From NCBI GenBank assembly GCA_963674705.1, contig OY771506.1:3200001-3264000 (forward strand): a stretch of DNA of 64,000 bases, given 5' to 3'. This DNA is from Phycisphaeraceae bacterium. Lineage in GTDB: Bacteria > Planctomycetota > Phycisphaerae > Phycisphaerales > Phycisphaeraceae. The translations under genes were made by a program, and so were the position numbers. This document shows, in pieces, positions 9,504 through 20,017 of the stretch (its first letter is position 1; each line of letters opens with the position of its first letter). The notes under the pieces were generated by a model. It had not been told where the DNA came from and searched no databases. It worked only from the letters and a program-made list of their open reading frames with translations.

Positions 9504-9758
9504 ATGGGGCCTAAAACAGAAGCGTTGATCCTTATCGTAGTTATCATGGTGGCATCGGTCATTGGTATGCCTGTTTCTGTATTTCTTTTCATGATGATCG
9601 GTGAGCTGATTCAAAGATTGCGGGGCGTGGAAGGTCCTCTGGATACTGACCCAATTCTCTGGTTAGGTATGTTGATTGGAGTGGTCGTTGGTATTCTCGT
9701 TCTCGGCCTGGGGATATTAATGTCAGTTAAAATCTGGAATAAAGCGATGAAATCGTAA
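9504..9758 (+). CDS. Small two-TM membrane protein
   Basis: AAGGGAG before ATG; two hydrophobic helices; AT-richer than flanks. Confidence 0.65.
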   Translation: MGPKTEALILIVVIMVASVIGMPVSVFLFMMIGELIQRLRGVEGPLDTDPILWLGMLIGVVVGILVLGLGILMSVKIWNKAMKS

Positions 9759-9854
9759 AGCTATTTATTATAAGTTGGGTGTTTACTCTCTAAGCGAGCC
9801 TGTTTGCCATATTGCGTCGAACCTGTTACCAACTGGGTTATGCCAACTAAAACC

Positions 9855-10556
9855 ATGATACGAAAGCGTAACGACCTGCGGCCGACGACGATCAAGAAGT
9901 ATCCGACGGCGGCGGCGGGGTCGGTGATTATCGAGGTGGGTGGGACGCGGGTGCTTTGTACGGCCAGCATCTCGCAGGACCCGCCTAAGTGGCTGCCTAA
10001 AGATGATGAGGGGAACTACAAGAGCGGGTGGGTGACGGCAGAATACAGCATGCTGCCGGGTTCGACGCCTGACCGTAAGCGGCGTGGGCCTGATTCGCGC
10101 GGGACGGAGATTCAGCGGTTGATCGGGCGTGTGCTGCGGGCGTCGGTTGACCTGGACAAGATGCCGGGTGTGGCGATCACGTGCGACTGCGATGTGCTGG
10201 TCGCGGACGGCGGGACGCGGACAGCGTCGATCACCGGGGCGTGGGTAGCGTTATACCAAGCGATCGGGGAAGCGAAGAAGCAGGGGGCGATCAGGGATGA
10301 GCCGAGGCTTGGGCCTGTCGCGGCGGTGAGTGTGGGGATCGTGGATGGCAAGCCGGCGCTTGATCTGGATTACGAGCTGGATGTGCGGGCTGAGGTCGAC
10401 ATGAATGTCGCGATGAATCACAAGGGGGACTTCATCGAGGTGCAGGGGACGGGCGAGAAGGGGACGTTCAAGCGTGAAGAATTGGATGAGCTATTGGACC
10501 TTGCGTGCAAGGGGATACGTAAGCTGATCCGGATTCAGCGTGTGGCGGTGAAGTGA
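9855..10556 (+). CDS. rph: Ribonuclease PH
   Basis: GWVTAEYSMLP, EIQRLIGR, DCDVLVADGGTRTASITG, DMNV, EVQGTGE. Confidence 0.96.
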   Translation: MIRKRNDLRPTTIKKYPTAAAGSVIIEVGGTRVLCTASISQDPPKWLPKDDEGNYKSGWVTAEYSMLPGSTPDRKRRGPDSRGTEIQRLIGRVLRASVDLDKMPGVAITCDCDVLVADGGTRTASITGAWVALYQAIGEAKKQGAIRDEPRLGPVAAVSVGIVDGKPALDLDYELDVRAEVDMNVAMNHKGDFIEVQGTGEKGTFKREELDELLDLACKGIRKLIRIQRVAVK

Positions 10557-10564
10557 GTGAGCTG

Positions 10565-11680
10565 TTACGGTTGCTGGTTGGGGACGGGATCGATTTGGTT
10601 GGGTTTGGGGACACCAGAACCGAGCAGCAGCAGGATAGCGCCGGGGGTTGAAGAAATTACCAGGCAGACGCCGGCGAGCAGAGACATCGCCAGGACGGAT
10701 TCTTTCGGTGCGCCGTAGAGCGCGAGCAGGCTGACAAACATGGTTTCGCGAACGCCCCACCCTGAGACGGAGATCGGGATGAGCATGACGAAGATGACGG
10801 TGGGGACGACCACGAACAGGGCGCTGACTGGCAGTTCGAGCCCGATCGCCCGGGAAGCGGCCCAATAAACCGAAATCCTCAGCACATTGAATAACAGCGA
10901 CTGGAGCATGCCCCAGGCGAGCAGGCCCGGGCGTCCGCGGTAAGCGTCAAGGCTCTGGTAGACCTTGTTCTGTTTGTCGCGGATCATGCTGAAGATCTTC
11001 AGCAAGGTTTTTGAGAATAGATGCCATACTTTGGCAGGGATAGTTTTGCATGCATTGGAATCTGATGTGTCGTTCTGTCCTGCGCCAGAAATTGATGCGG
11101 CGTATGCTTCGAGTTTGGCGAGGATCCAATCCGTCAGCGATCGGAACTTTGGGTTCATGATCGCGAACCACATAGCGAGCATGAAAATCAGCGCGCCACC
11201 GGCAACTATTTCGATACCGGGCAGGATGCCGCGCGTTTCCATGAGCAGACCCAGGAGGATCATCAGCGCGAGGCCTGTGAGTCCCAGCAACCTGTCCATG
11301 AGGATGGAGGTGAAGGACATAGCCAGGTCACTGGTGTAGCGCGCCAGGCCGTACATACGGACGAGTTCGATGCCGACGGCGCCGAGGCCGACATTGCCGA
11401 TGAAGGCGCTGAGGTATCGGATGCGAAGCAGTGCCAGGAAGGGGGTTTTGCTGTTGGTGTGGTTGAGCAGGATCATCCACTTGTAGGTGCCATGCAGGTG
11501 CTCAAGGAACATGATGCCGAAGATGGCGAGGACCATGAGCGGATCGGCATGGATGATAGCGTTGAAGATGTTGGCCGGGCCGACCTTGTAGAGCAGGAAT
11601 GCGAGCAGACCGACACTGACCACGATGCGGATGATGCTGGCGAGGGGGCTGTTTTTTTTAGTTGAAGGCTGACTCGTCAA
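10565..11680 (-). CDS. Lysylphosphatidylglycerol-synthase TM domain (UPF0104, flippase-like) protein
   Basis: Multi-TM; MDRLLGL and IPISVSGWGVRE motifs. Confidence 0.85.
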   Translation of the reverse strand: MTSQPSTKKNSPLASIIRIVVSVGLLAFLLYKVGPANIFNAIIHADPLMVLAIFGIMFLEHLHGTYKWMILLNHTNSKTPFLALLRIRYLSAFIGNVGLGAVGIELVRMYGLARYTSDLAMSFTSILMDRLLGLTGLALMILLGLLMETRGILPGIEIVAGGALIFMLAMWFAIMNPKFRSLTDWILAKLEAYAASISGAGQNDTSDSNACKTIPAKVWHLFSKTLLKIFSMIRDKQNKVYQSLDAYRGRPGLLAWGMLQSLLFNVLRISVYWAASRAIGLELPVSALFVVVPTVIFVMLIPISVSGWGVRETMFVSLLALYGAPKESVLAMSLLAGVCLVISSTPGAILLLLGSGVPKPNQIDPVPNQQP

Positions 11681-11855
11681 ACGTCACATCCTGCGTGGGG
11701 AGGCTGAGAGTATATGCATGGAACGACCTTCCCGCATTTTGGCGGGTTGATTATTTGATCGACCGGTTGGGTATCTTTGCTTTGAGGATAAAGGGGGGTG
11801 TTGTCATGTCAGATAAAATCTTACATTCCAGAGAGTTACAGCCTGTTTAGTCCGA

Positions 11856-12845
11856 TTATTCACTCGACCTGCCGGGGCCCATTCCTTTTATACAGAATAG
11901 TGCACCGGGCAATACGGAGATGGTTCCCAGAATACCCACCAGTATGGACATCGCGGCGACCTTCTCGCCATCGGCTCCGTAGGCAGTGAGGATCTGGACG
12001 AACATCAACTCTCGGACGCCCCAGCCGGCGATGGAGATCGGGATCAGCATGACGAAAATAATCACGGGAACAGCCACGATATAGCCGGCGACGGGGGCCT
12101 GGACACCGATCGCCAGTCCGGCTGTATAGCACACCGAAATACGGATGCCGTTGTAGAGCAATGATTGCAGCATCGCCCATGCCAGCAATCCGGGTCGGCT
12201 GCGGTACTCGTCCATACTGATGTAGACCTTGTTCTGTTTGTCACGCACGACTGCCAGGAGGTGGTGTGAGAGCATCCAGTCTGTCATGCGCCGGAACCAT
12301 GGATTCATGATGGCGATCCAACCGCAAGCGATCAGGACAAGTGCACCGGCAGCCCAGTATTCGATGTTGGGGATTGACTCTCTGCCGACAAGAAAGACGC
12401 CGATCAGAATTGTGAGGCACAAGCCTGTCAGCCCCAGGATGCGATCCATCAGGATGGATGTGAATGATGTCGCAAGGTCTGAGGTGTGTTTAGCCAAGCC
12501 GTACATGCGGACGAGTTCGATACCGACCGCCCCGGGCAGGAACATGCCAACGAAGCCGCTGATATAAGTCAGTTTGAACAAGGGCCAGAATCGAACGTTG
12601 TGATCGGTATGTTTAAGAAGTATCAGCCACTTGTATGTGCCGTGCAATCCTTCAACGAACATGAGAAGAAGTACGACCAGTACCCAGATTAGTCTGGTAT
12701 CACGTAGGGCATCAATCGTGTTTGCGAATCCAAGTTGCCGCAGTACCAGGGCGAGTAATCCAAGGCTGACCAGTGCGCGGGCAATTGCGAGGCCTTTTTT
12801 GAGAAGAATGCGTTTTCGGGATGTTGGGGAGGAGACCTCGTTCAT
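11856..12845 (-). CDS. UPF0104 flippase-like protein, tandem paralog of 10565-11680
   Basis: FLPGAVG, MDRILGL, IPISIAGWGVRE; collinear with the downstream paralog. Confidence 0.87.
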   Translation of the reverse strand: MNEVSSPTSRKRILLKKGLAIARALVSLGLLALVLRQLGFANTIDALRDTRLIWVLVVLLLMFVEGLHGTYKWLILLKHTDHNVRFWPLFKLTYISGFVGMFLPGAVGIELVRMYGLAKHTSDLATSFTSILMDRILGLTGLCLTILIGVFLVGRESIPNIEYWAAGALVLIACGWIAIMNPWFRRMTDWMLSHHLLAVVRDKQNKVYISMDEYRSRPGLLAWAMLQSLLYNGIRISVCYTAGLAIGVQAPVAGYIVAVPVIIFVMLIPISIAGWGVRELMFVQILTAYGADGEKVAAMSILVGILGTISVLPGALFCIKGMGPGRSSE

Positions 12846-12887
12846 AGCCTGAACTTCTTATTGAGATGTGGCTTGGGTCTCCGCTGG

Positions 12888-14111
12888 TCAGCTGCAATCA
12901 TCTGCAACGGCCACATAAGCGCTTGGCCGGTTGACGCCAAAGTATAACCGCTGGACGATCGGGTTCTGATGGGCCCATGCCATGAATCCATGATACGCCA
13001 TGTGCAGGCTTGTTTTCAGGCAAGAACGCGAGACGCATATGCGTTGCAACGGCTGGATATCTTTGGCGATATGCCTTTTGTAAGATTCATCGCCCTGACC
13101 CAGATCGAAACTTTTCACTCTGGGGTCCATGTGTGCAGCTTCTATGCTTTTTAGCATGGCAAGAAAACCCGGGCTGAAACGCAAAACATCCGGGTTGTTG
13201 TCCATCCCGCCATTGTAGGCTGTGGCGATGTGATTGAAGTGGAATATCAGGTCTATGTTGAATGTCTTGCTGTTGACTTCCAATACATGTAACTGGAGTG
13301 TGCCTTCATCAAGCATTGCCTTGAATAACCGTGTGAAGACAGTAATACGCTCGGGTGTTCGGAACATCCCGCGTTGTCCGCGTTCGACCTGTCGCTGCTG
13401 GTGTAGACGAAACAGGTCCACAAGCAGGTTATCGATATTCTGAGAACTCGTGACTCGTCGGAATACGACGTCACCGCTATTGTTTAATCGCTGCCAGTAG
13501 CGTCGAAAATTTTTACGTGTGGGTTTGCTTAATTGCATGAGGTAGTTGTCGAAGCATATGCCGATTGAGATATGCCTGGATTGGTCATATGTCTGTACAT
13601 CTTTGCAGAATGACCCCAAGGTGTCCGGCAGCAGATCCCGATGATGCTCCCACAGATGTGAGTTTTGGGGTATTTTTAATAACTCAAGCATGTCCAGTCG
13701 GCACATGTTTTCACGAAACCACCTTGATAACAGACTGACCGCGTTTTGACGGTCAGCATCATCAGCAATCAATATGTCCTGGTAATCACTCAGACTTTGA
13801 CCGAGTAAACGCAAGACCCGTGCGCCCAGTTTCCCTAAACGTTGTTCGATTACGAACGGGGCGAGCGCATCGATCCTGCCCTCGGGGTTATAGACAGCAA
13901 GCAGGCATAGCCTGGCGTGGGGGGTGGATTCCAGTTGCCACAAGTGCGACAGCCACGTGTGTGTCTGGAATACGCCACACCGGCTGTCTCTTGCCTCCAG
14001 TGACTTCCAGTCCTTGTGCAGACTGTCAAAGGCTGATGTGTCGGTGAAGACAGCCAGACGGCCGTGCGGTTCTGAAAGTTTGCCGGAATAGACGGCATTC
14101 ATCGTTGTCAT
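12888..14111 (-). CDS. GNAT acetyltransferase, CelD/BcsL-like
   Basis: FQTHTWL, SDYQD, SPG, FDLGQGDESYK. Confidence 0.85.
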   Translation of the reverse strand: MTTMNAVYSGKLSEPHGRLAVFTDTSAFDSLHKDWKSLEARDSRCGVFQTHTWLSHLWQLESTPHARLCLLAVYNPEGRIDALAPFVIEQRLGKLGARVLRLLGQSLSDYQDILIADDADRQNAVSLLSRWFRENMCRLDMLELLKIPQNSHLWEHHRDLLPDTLGSFCKDVQTYDQSRHISIGICFDNYLMQLSKPTRKNFRRYWQRLNNSGDVVFRRVTSSQNIDNLLVDLFRLHQQRQVERGQRGMFRTPERITVFTRLFKAMLDEGTLQLHVLEVNSKTFNIDLIFHFNHIATAYNGGMDNNPDVLRFSPGFLAMLKSIEAAHMDPRVKSFDLGQGDESYKRHIAKDIQPLQRICVSRSCLKTSLHMAYHGFMAWAHQNPIVQRLYFGVNRPSAYVAVADDCS

Positions 14112-14162
14112 CTTGGTACCCCTCCAAGTGGATTCGACTATATGCCGATGAACTGGACATGA

Positions 14163-15071
14163 TTATAACCTATTACCGTATCTATTATGCATGATATTTG
14201 CCAATCCGATGCGCCCTTTACCGGGTAATCTTCGTACAAATTCTCCGCTGAGCCGGACGATCATGTCGGGAAAGGTGGAAGGGCGGTTGATCGGGCGGTG
14301 GGGCAGGACACCCCACCAGAAGCCGCGGTAACCGAGCTGCTTGGCGGTCTGTATGGCCAGGGGCGTGCCGTAATATTGCGGGAACGCCAGGTGCTGGGTG
14401 TTTTTGGATAGTGTTTGATCGAGGGTGGCCTTGGCTTGTTTAAGGTCCTCATCCAGCGGGACGGGTTCGGGCCTGCGCAGGTTGGCTACTTCGTTGTCCA
14501 CGCCGGATAACTGCAGGGGCTTGGGCCAGTCGGGCACGTAGCGGTGGCTGTTGGTGTGGGGCTGGAAGTCGATGTGGCCGCTGTCATGCATGTGACGGAT
14601 CTGCTGCCAGTCGCACAGGCCCCCGTGCGAGTCATGTCCGTTGGCGACATTGTTTTCATCCGGTTCGCGGTGCAGTGCGGGGCAGATGAAAGCGACGGCC
14701 TTGTGGTGGTATTCTTCGAGTAAAGGGAACGCCACGTCGTATAAAGTGCGCTGCCCGTCATCAAAACTCAGGACGACGCTGCGTGGCGGGGCGGGCACGA
14801 CGTCACGTTTTGGGCCGGGCGTATTATGTGGCAGGTGGTTGAGCAGTTGGTCAGCGGTCAGGGTTGTGTAACCGTTGTCCGAAAGGAACTCGAGGTCTGC
14901 CCGGAAGGTGGGTTCATCGATGACGTGGTAGCAGAAGACGGGCACTTCATTGGTCAGTGGTGCAGGGGAGCGTTTGAAAATAAAGCCCGGCAATCCACCT
15001 GTAAGTCCACAGTGGATCTCGGGCCAGTTTTTACGCCAACTGTCTCGTATCGCTGTAAACGGATGGCTCAA
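14163..15071 (-). CDS. Polysaccharide deacetylase family protein
   Basis: VFCYH, LSFDDG, HTNSH, LAFP. Confidence 0.87.
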   Translation of the reverse strand: MSHPFTAIRDSWRKNWPEIHCGLTGGLPGFIFKRSPAPLTNEVPVFCYHVIDEPTFRADLEFLSDNGYTTLTADQLLNHLPHNTPGPKRDVVPAPPRSVVLSFDDGQRTLYDVAFPLLEEYHHKAVAFICPALHREPDENNVANGHDSHGGLCDWQQIRHMHDSGHIDFQPHTNSHRYVPDWPKPLQLSGVDNEVANLRRPEPVPLDEDLKQAKATLDQTLSKNTQHLAFPQYYGTPLAIQTAKQLGYRGFWWGVLPHRPINRPSTFPDMIVRLSGEFVRRLPGKGRIGLANIMHNRYGNRL

Positions 15072-15110
15072 GGCTTATGACCAAAAAGATGGTGGGTTTG
15101 ACCAGGCGAC

Positions 15111-16352
15111 TTAAACGCGTTCCAGAGAACTTTTATCCGTCTGAAGCGTTTGGCTGGTCAATTGTTGGCTTTTATCCGACTCGTCAGAATGCAAGGCTTC
15201 AAGCGGCACGACAGTTTCACCTGCCGCTAATGCACGGTAGATCGAAGCAATCCGGTCGATGTGTCGCTCGATATCGTAGTGGCTGACAGTTTCGTGAGCC
15301 CCGTGCGTGATGATTTGAGTCAGTAACGGGTCGGACAGAACTGAGATCAATGCTTCGGAAAGAGCTTGGGCGTCGTTCGGCCTGAACAGGACGCCGTTGA
15401 CACAGTGATTGATTGTTTCCGCCAGACCACCTACCGCGGAGGCGACCACGGGCTTGTCCAACGCCATCGCTTCCAGCAGTGAATAAGGTAAGCCCTCTCG
15501 CAACGAAGGCATCGCGACCACATCGATCGCACGTAAGTAGGGGCAGACATCCTGGACCTGGCCGGTGAAAGTGACGTAGCCGTACAACCCCAGTTCGTGG
15601 ACACGTTGATTTAAGCGTTCGTGCTCTTCACCTTCACCGACGATCATGAGCCTTGCGTTGGGGAACTTAGCCAGCACACCGGGCATGGCTCGGAGCAACG
15701 TGTCGTGCCCTTTCACCGCAGCCAGTCTGCCCACGATGCCGATGACCTTGTTATCAGGGAATATGCCTAGCGACTCACGGCACTGCTTGCCCGCTTCCTG
15801 GGGGGTGCTTTGAAGCTCATCCAGCACAATACCGTTGTGCAGGACTTCGGAGCGAGAAGGATTGATACCGAGTTTGAACTTGCCGTGCTCCTCAACATCT
15901 TTCGAGACGGACAGGTTCCATGAGTTGAACCGGTTGGTCCATCGCAACATTCTCTGGACAGATCTGGACAATGGTTCGCAGTCGTGCAGGTGTGAGACAA
16001 CCGGGACACCAGCAAGCCAGCCCGCGATGCGTGACGCCAGGATACCTTTCATCCCCGCGCAGTGGATGACCTGGATCCTTTCACGGCGAACCAGTCGGTA
16101 TACATCTAACGCGGACAGGGGATTCCTTTTGGCACGGCCGAAGAAGACCGGCTGGATACCTTTACGTTTAATCTGTTCGGAGGCGGGGTGTTCACCACGC
16201 AGGAATGCGACATGCAGATCGACATCACGCTGAAGCAAGCGTGGCAGCACGGTCAGAAAATACCGTGTCGCGCCATGGATAACACCTCCGGCATGGCCAA
16301 AGTGGTCACTAACGAACAGCACGCGCAGCTTTTTGTTGGTATCAGTGTTCAC
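15111..16352 (-). CDS. Glycosyltransferase family 4
   Basis: GRLAAVKGH, EGLPYSLLEAMA; start re-called to GTG 16352 behind GGAGG. Confidence 0.9.
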   Translation of the reverse strand: MNTDTNKKLRVLFVSDHFGHAGGVIHGATRYFLTVLPRLLQRDVDLHVAFLRGEHPASEQIKRKGIQPVFFGRAKRNPLSALDVYRLVRRERIQVIHCAGMKGILASRIAGWLAGVPVVSHLHDCEPLSRSVQRMLRWTNRFNSWNLSVSKDVEEHGKFKLGINPSRSEVLHNGIVLDELQSTPQEAGKQCRESLGIFPDNKVIGIVGRLAAVKGHDTLLRAMPGVLAKFPNARLMIVGEGEEHERLNQRVHELGLYGYVTFTGQVQDVCPYLRAIDVVAMPSLREGLPYSLLEAMALDKPVVASAVGGLAETINHCVNGVLFRPNDAQALSEALISVLSDPLLTQIITHGAHETVSHYDIERHIDRIASIYRALAAGETVVPLEALHSDESDKSQQLTSQTLQTDKSSLERV

Positions 16353-16518
16353 GGGTGGTCCCCCACCTCCAAATGGGTGAGTTATTGATGCGTGCATACC
16401 ACATGGTGTGCCTTCCTGGCGTGGCCAATAACTCCAGATTGAGTGTAGCACGAACCAAGAGCTCTGCAATGGTTGCCGAGGTCAAATTTCACTTTTTACG
16501 TACCAATCTCATGAATAT

Positions 16519-17706
16519 ATGATTCGGCATATGAAAACACAGATATCACTACTGGTATATCTTTTACTTGGTTCTACACTGCAGGGTTGTATGGCTCAGG
16601 CAAAATCGACGGATCCGAGAACTGAGCAATTAACCGGGGTCGACGCCGTGGTCGAGGCGGCGATTGAGCGTGGCGAGGTGCCCGGGGCCGTGCTGATTGT
16701 GGGGGACGGCGACGGGGTGTTTTACCGCAAAGCCTACGGCAGTCGGGCGATTAAGCCCAAGGTCAGCCCCATGACCCCTGATACGGTTTTTGACATGGCC
16801 AGCCTTACCAAGCCCACCGCCACCGCGACAAGCATCATGCTCCTGATCGAACGGGGGCAGTTGAAACTGACTGACAAGATCGCCGACTACATCCCCGAAT
16901 TCGGGCAGAACGGGAAGGATAAGATCACCGTCGAGATGTTACTGCTGCACCGTGGCGGGCTTACGCCGGATAACTCGTTAAAGGACTATGTCGGCACCCG
17001 CGAAGAGATGATCGATCGGATCAATGCGTTGCCTACCTTGTGGGAACCGGGCACAACGTATAAATATACGGATGTCGGCTTCATCGTGCTCGCAGAACTG
17101 ATAGAAAAAATCACCGGCCGGAACGTCGACCAGTTCTCCCGGGAAGAGATTTTCGTTCCGCTGGGTATGAACGAAACCACATACAAACCGACCGGCGACC
17201 TGGCAGCCCGTTGTGCGCCGACGGAGTTCATCGATGGCGAATGGCGGCTGGCTGAGGTCCACGACCCCCGGGCCTACCGTCTTGGCGGCATCGCGGGACA
17301 CGCCGGCCTGTTCTCCACCGTGGACGACCTGTCACGTTACTGTCGGATGCTCATGAACGGCGGCGAACTCGACGGCGTACGCATCCTCAAACAAGAAACC
17401 GTCGACGAGATGACAACACCGCGCCCGCTGGAAGGTGATGACAACGGCTGGCGTACCTATGGCTTCAGCACCCACACCTCCGACCAATCCGCCCGCGGCG
17501 CGGTCTTCGACTACGAAACCTCCTTCGGCCACACCGGCTGGACCGGCACCTGCTACTGGATCGACCCGACCAACAACCTCTTCTACATCCTGCTGACCAG
17601 CCGCTGCCACCCCAACGGCGACGAAGGCTCCGCCGGCCCCATCCGCCGAGAAGTCGCGACGTATATCGGCGAGGTATTGATTGAAGGGAAGAACCAGGGT
17701 GAGTGA
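16519..17706 (+). CDS. Serine hydrolase, beta-lactamase-related family, probable lipoprotein
   Basis: FDMASLTK (SxxK), YTD, GHAGLFS, FGHTGWTG; LQGC lipobox-like motif. Confidence 0.88.
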   Translation: MIRHMKTQISLLVYLLLGSTLQGCMAQAKSTDPRTEQLTGVDAVVEAAIERGEVPGAVLIVGDGDGVFYRKAYGSRAIKPKVSPMTPDTVFDMASLTKPTATATSIMLLIERGQLKLTDKIADYIPEFGQNGKDKITVEMLLLHRGGLTPDNSLKDYVGTREEMIDRINALPTLWEPGTTYKYTDVGFIVLAELIEKITGRNVDQFSREEIFVPLGMNETTYKPTGDLAARCAPTEFIDGEWRLAEVHDPRAYRLGGIAGHAGLFSTVDDLSRYCRMLMNGGELDGVRILKQETVDEMTTPRPLEGDDNGWRTYGFSTHTSDQSARGAVFDYETSFGHTGWTGTCYWIDPTNNLFYILLTSRCHPNGDEGSAGPIRREVATYIGEVLIEGKNQGE

Positions 17707-17745
17707 GGCGCATTGACCAGTCGAGTATGCGTATTGGGAGGCAAT

Positions 17746-18210
17746 ATGGATTCTCGTCTCCGGTACTGGCTACGTATTACTATCTGGTTGGGCACGGCGT
17801 TCGCCTGGTATCTGCTTTGGTTGCATCGTTCTTACGGTAGAACGGGGATGATGGGATATGGGATTCCATTCAACTTTTATGAACGGTATGGTTATCTTTG
17901 TTGGTTTGAGATTACTACACCGGTAACACGGACGAGGTCAGCCCAGGAGGTCTTTGTCCATGTCGGTACACCAGTCTATGGCATCCATACAACTGAACTA
18001 TATGTGACCATCCTCTTGTCGCTTGTGTTTACAGGGCTCGCCATCCTGATCATTAAGTGGTTACCCAGACCCGTGAATTATGCCGCTTGCCACGAGTGCG
18101 GTTACAACCTGACTGGCAATGTAACAGGCAAGTGCCCGGAGTGTGGTGCGGATGTTTTGATTGATGAGACATCATCGGATCGGTCCCCTCTCCCCCCGGG
18201 AGAGGGTTAG
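17746..18210 (+). CDS. Two-TM membrane protein with C-terminal zinc ribbon
   Basis: GGAGG before ATG 17746; CHECGYNLTGNVTGKCPECG; stop codon lies within the REP arm. Confidence 0.78.
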   Translation: MDSRLRYWLRITIWLGTAFAWYLLWLHRSYGRTGMMGYGIPFNFYERYGYLCWFEITTPVTRTRSAQEVFVHVGTPVYGIHTTELYVTILLSLVFTGLAILIIKWLPRPVNYAACHECGYNLTGNVTGKCPECGADVLIDETSSDRSPLPPGEG

Positions 18211-18425
18211 GGTGAGGGCCGGAGCAGGAAAGATGTTGTTACTCACCCAATAAGTCAACAAGACAGTAAACACACAGTGGGTGGTGTCCGTTAACCATGA
18301 TGCGATTCGATCGCACCAGAATCCATTCAATGGTGATGGGCATCGGATTGATTTCGTCAGCGAAAGCAATCAGTACCTATAAGGCAGCCGGCCCTCACCC
18401 CGGCCCTTTCCCGGGGGGAGAGGGG
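18185..18425. repeat. Inverted pair of CCCTCACCC/CCCTCTCCC-type REP elements with 165-bp spacer
   Basis: 18185-18222 and 18388-18425 are 38-bp near-perfect inverted copies, each itself palindromic. Confidence 0.85.
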
Positions 18426-18439
18426 GTAAGAGGATGCAG

Positions 18440-19816
18440 CTACACTGCGATAGGTTCTAGCAATGCTTGCGGTGTATCGCAGATCGGTGTGTTGCCGCCT
18501 TTGATGCGGTCCGGGTCCAGGGCGAGTTTTACTTCACCGCCCACGATGGTGGTGATCGCACGGCCGATGACGTTCCAGCCGTCGAAGGGGCAGTTGCGGC
18601 TCTTGGATGCGAACTTGTCTGCTTCGATGGTCCAGGCTTGCTTCGGATCGATCACGGTGACATCCGCATCGGCGCCGATGCTCAGCGATCCCTTGCCTGT
18701 CAGGCCGCAGAGGTTGGCGCCGTTGATGGTCATCATCTCGATGAGTTTGGGCCAGCCGATGGCTTCGGATTCGATCAGGGCTTTGATATAAAGCGGCAGG
18801 GCGCATTCGAGACCGAGGATGCCGTAGGCGGCGGCGGTGAATTCGACTTGCTTATCTTCGAGGGTATGCGGGGCGTGATCGGTGGCGAGGATGGTGATTG
18901 TGCCGTCCTTGATGCCTTCGATGATTGCTTCGATATCCCGTTTGGCACGCAGTGGCGGATTCATCTTGAAGTTGGGCTCGTAGGTAGCGCAATCTTCTTC
19001 GGTCAGCAGCAGGTGGTGCGGGGAGGCTTCTGCGGTGATGGTGGCCTGCCCGATGAGGTCGGCTCTTGCCCGGCGGACGAGTTCGACGCTGCCGCCGCTG
19101 GAGATGTGCTGGACGTGGTAGCGTGTCTTTGAGCCTTGGGCCTGGTTGAGCATGATGTCGCGCTGGATCATCAGCTCTTCAGCGACACGTGGCCAGCCGG
19201 AGAGGCCGAGTTTTGTGGCTAAGGCACCGGCGTTCATCGCGCCGCCACCGAGCTGCGGGTCTTCGCAGTGCTGCATCAGCACTTTGCCGGTCATGGCGAT
19301 GTAGGAGAGTGCCTTAGCCATGACCCCCGCGGAAGCGACGCCGACGCCGTCATCGCTGAACCCGACCGCACCGCTGGCGGCCATCTGGGCGATCTCGGCC
19401 AGTTCCTCGCCGGCTCTGCCTTTGGTGATGGCGCCGATCGGGAAGACATTGGCGAGGTTCGCCCGTTGGGCCTGGCGGTAAACGAATTCGATGCGGGAGT
19501 CGTCATCCAGGGTTGGCTGCGTGTTGGGCATACAGCAGACGCTGGTGAATCCGCCCGCCACCGCTGCGGCGGAGCCAGTCGCGATGGTTTCCTTTTCTTC
19601 CTGTCCCGGCTCCCGGAAGTGGACGTGTACATCGATCAGGCCCGGGCTGACGATGCAATCCGAGGCGTCGATGACGATATTGTCCGCTGAAGCGTCGGGA
19701 TTGGCTGTTTTGCCGATAGCGGCGATTTTGCCGTCGGCCAGCACGATATGGGTGATTTCGTCGATCCCGTTACCCGGGTCGATCACCCGGCCGTTGATGA
19801 GTGTGACGGTTGGCAT
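18440..19816 (-). CDS. pyrC: Dihydroorotase
   Basis: DVHVHFREPG, MPNT, FSDDG, KMNPPLR, ATDHAPH. Confidence 0.93.
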   Translation of the reverse strand: MPTVTLINGRVIDPGNGIDEITHIVLADGKIAAIGKTANPDASADNIVIDASDCIVSPGLIDVHVHFREPGQEEKETIATGSAAAVAGGFTSVCCMPNTQPTLDDDSRIEFVYRQAQRANLANVFPIGAITKGRAGEELAEIAQMAASGAVGFSDDGVGVASAGVMAKALSYIAMTGKVLMQHCEDPQLGGGAMNAGALATKLGLSGWPRVAEELMIQRDIMLNQAQGSKTRYHVQHISSGGSVELVRRARADLIGQATITAEASPHHLLLTEEDCATYEPNFKMNPPLRAKRDIEAIIEGIKDGTITILATDHAPHTLEDKQVEFTAAAYGILGLECALPLYIKALIESEAIGWPKLIEMMTINGANLCGLTGKGSLSIGADADVTVIDPKQAWTIEADKFASKSRNCPFDGWNVIGRAITTIVGGEVKLALDPDRIKGGNTPICDTPQALLEPIAV

Positions 19817-20017
19817 GGCCGGTAGTTTATACAGATTCCTAACTAAAATCTGGCTAAAACCTCAAAATTGTCTGATGAAAGACATCTTGCAATTTGAACG
19901 GGGCACATGGTACAATGCAGTCACTGCGCTGCTCGGCTGTCGAGCGGCAGACCTTGAATTGTGATGCCCGTCTCGGCCTCCAGCCTTGATTGTGCCTCAC
20001 CGACTGGAGACCGATTG

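Noticed and set aside
3311..9758. Integron cassette array
   Set aside because: No integrase, and no repeated attC-like sites with RYYYAAC/GTTRRRY ends between the small genes
17668..18168. Third duplicated gene tail (GEVLIEG versus ADVLIDE)
   Set aside because: Only about 15/21 nt identity; compatible with chance
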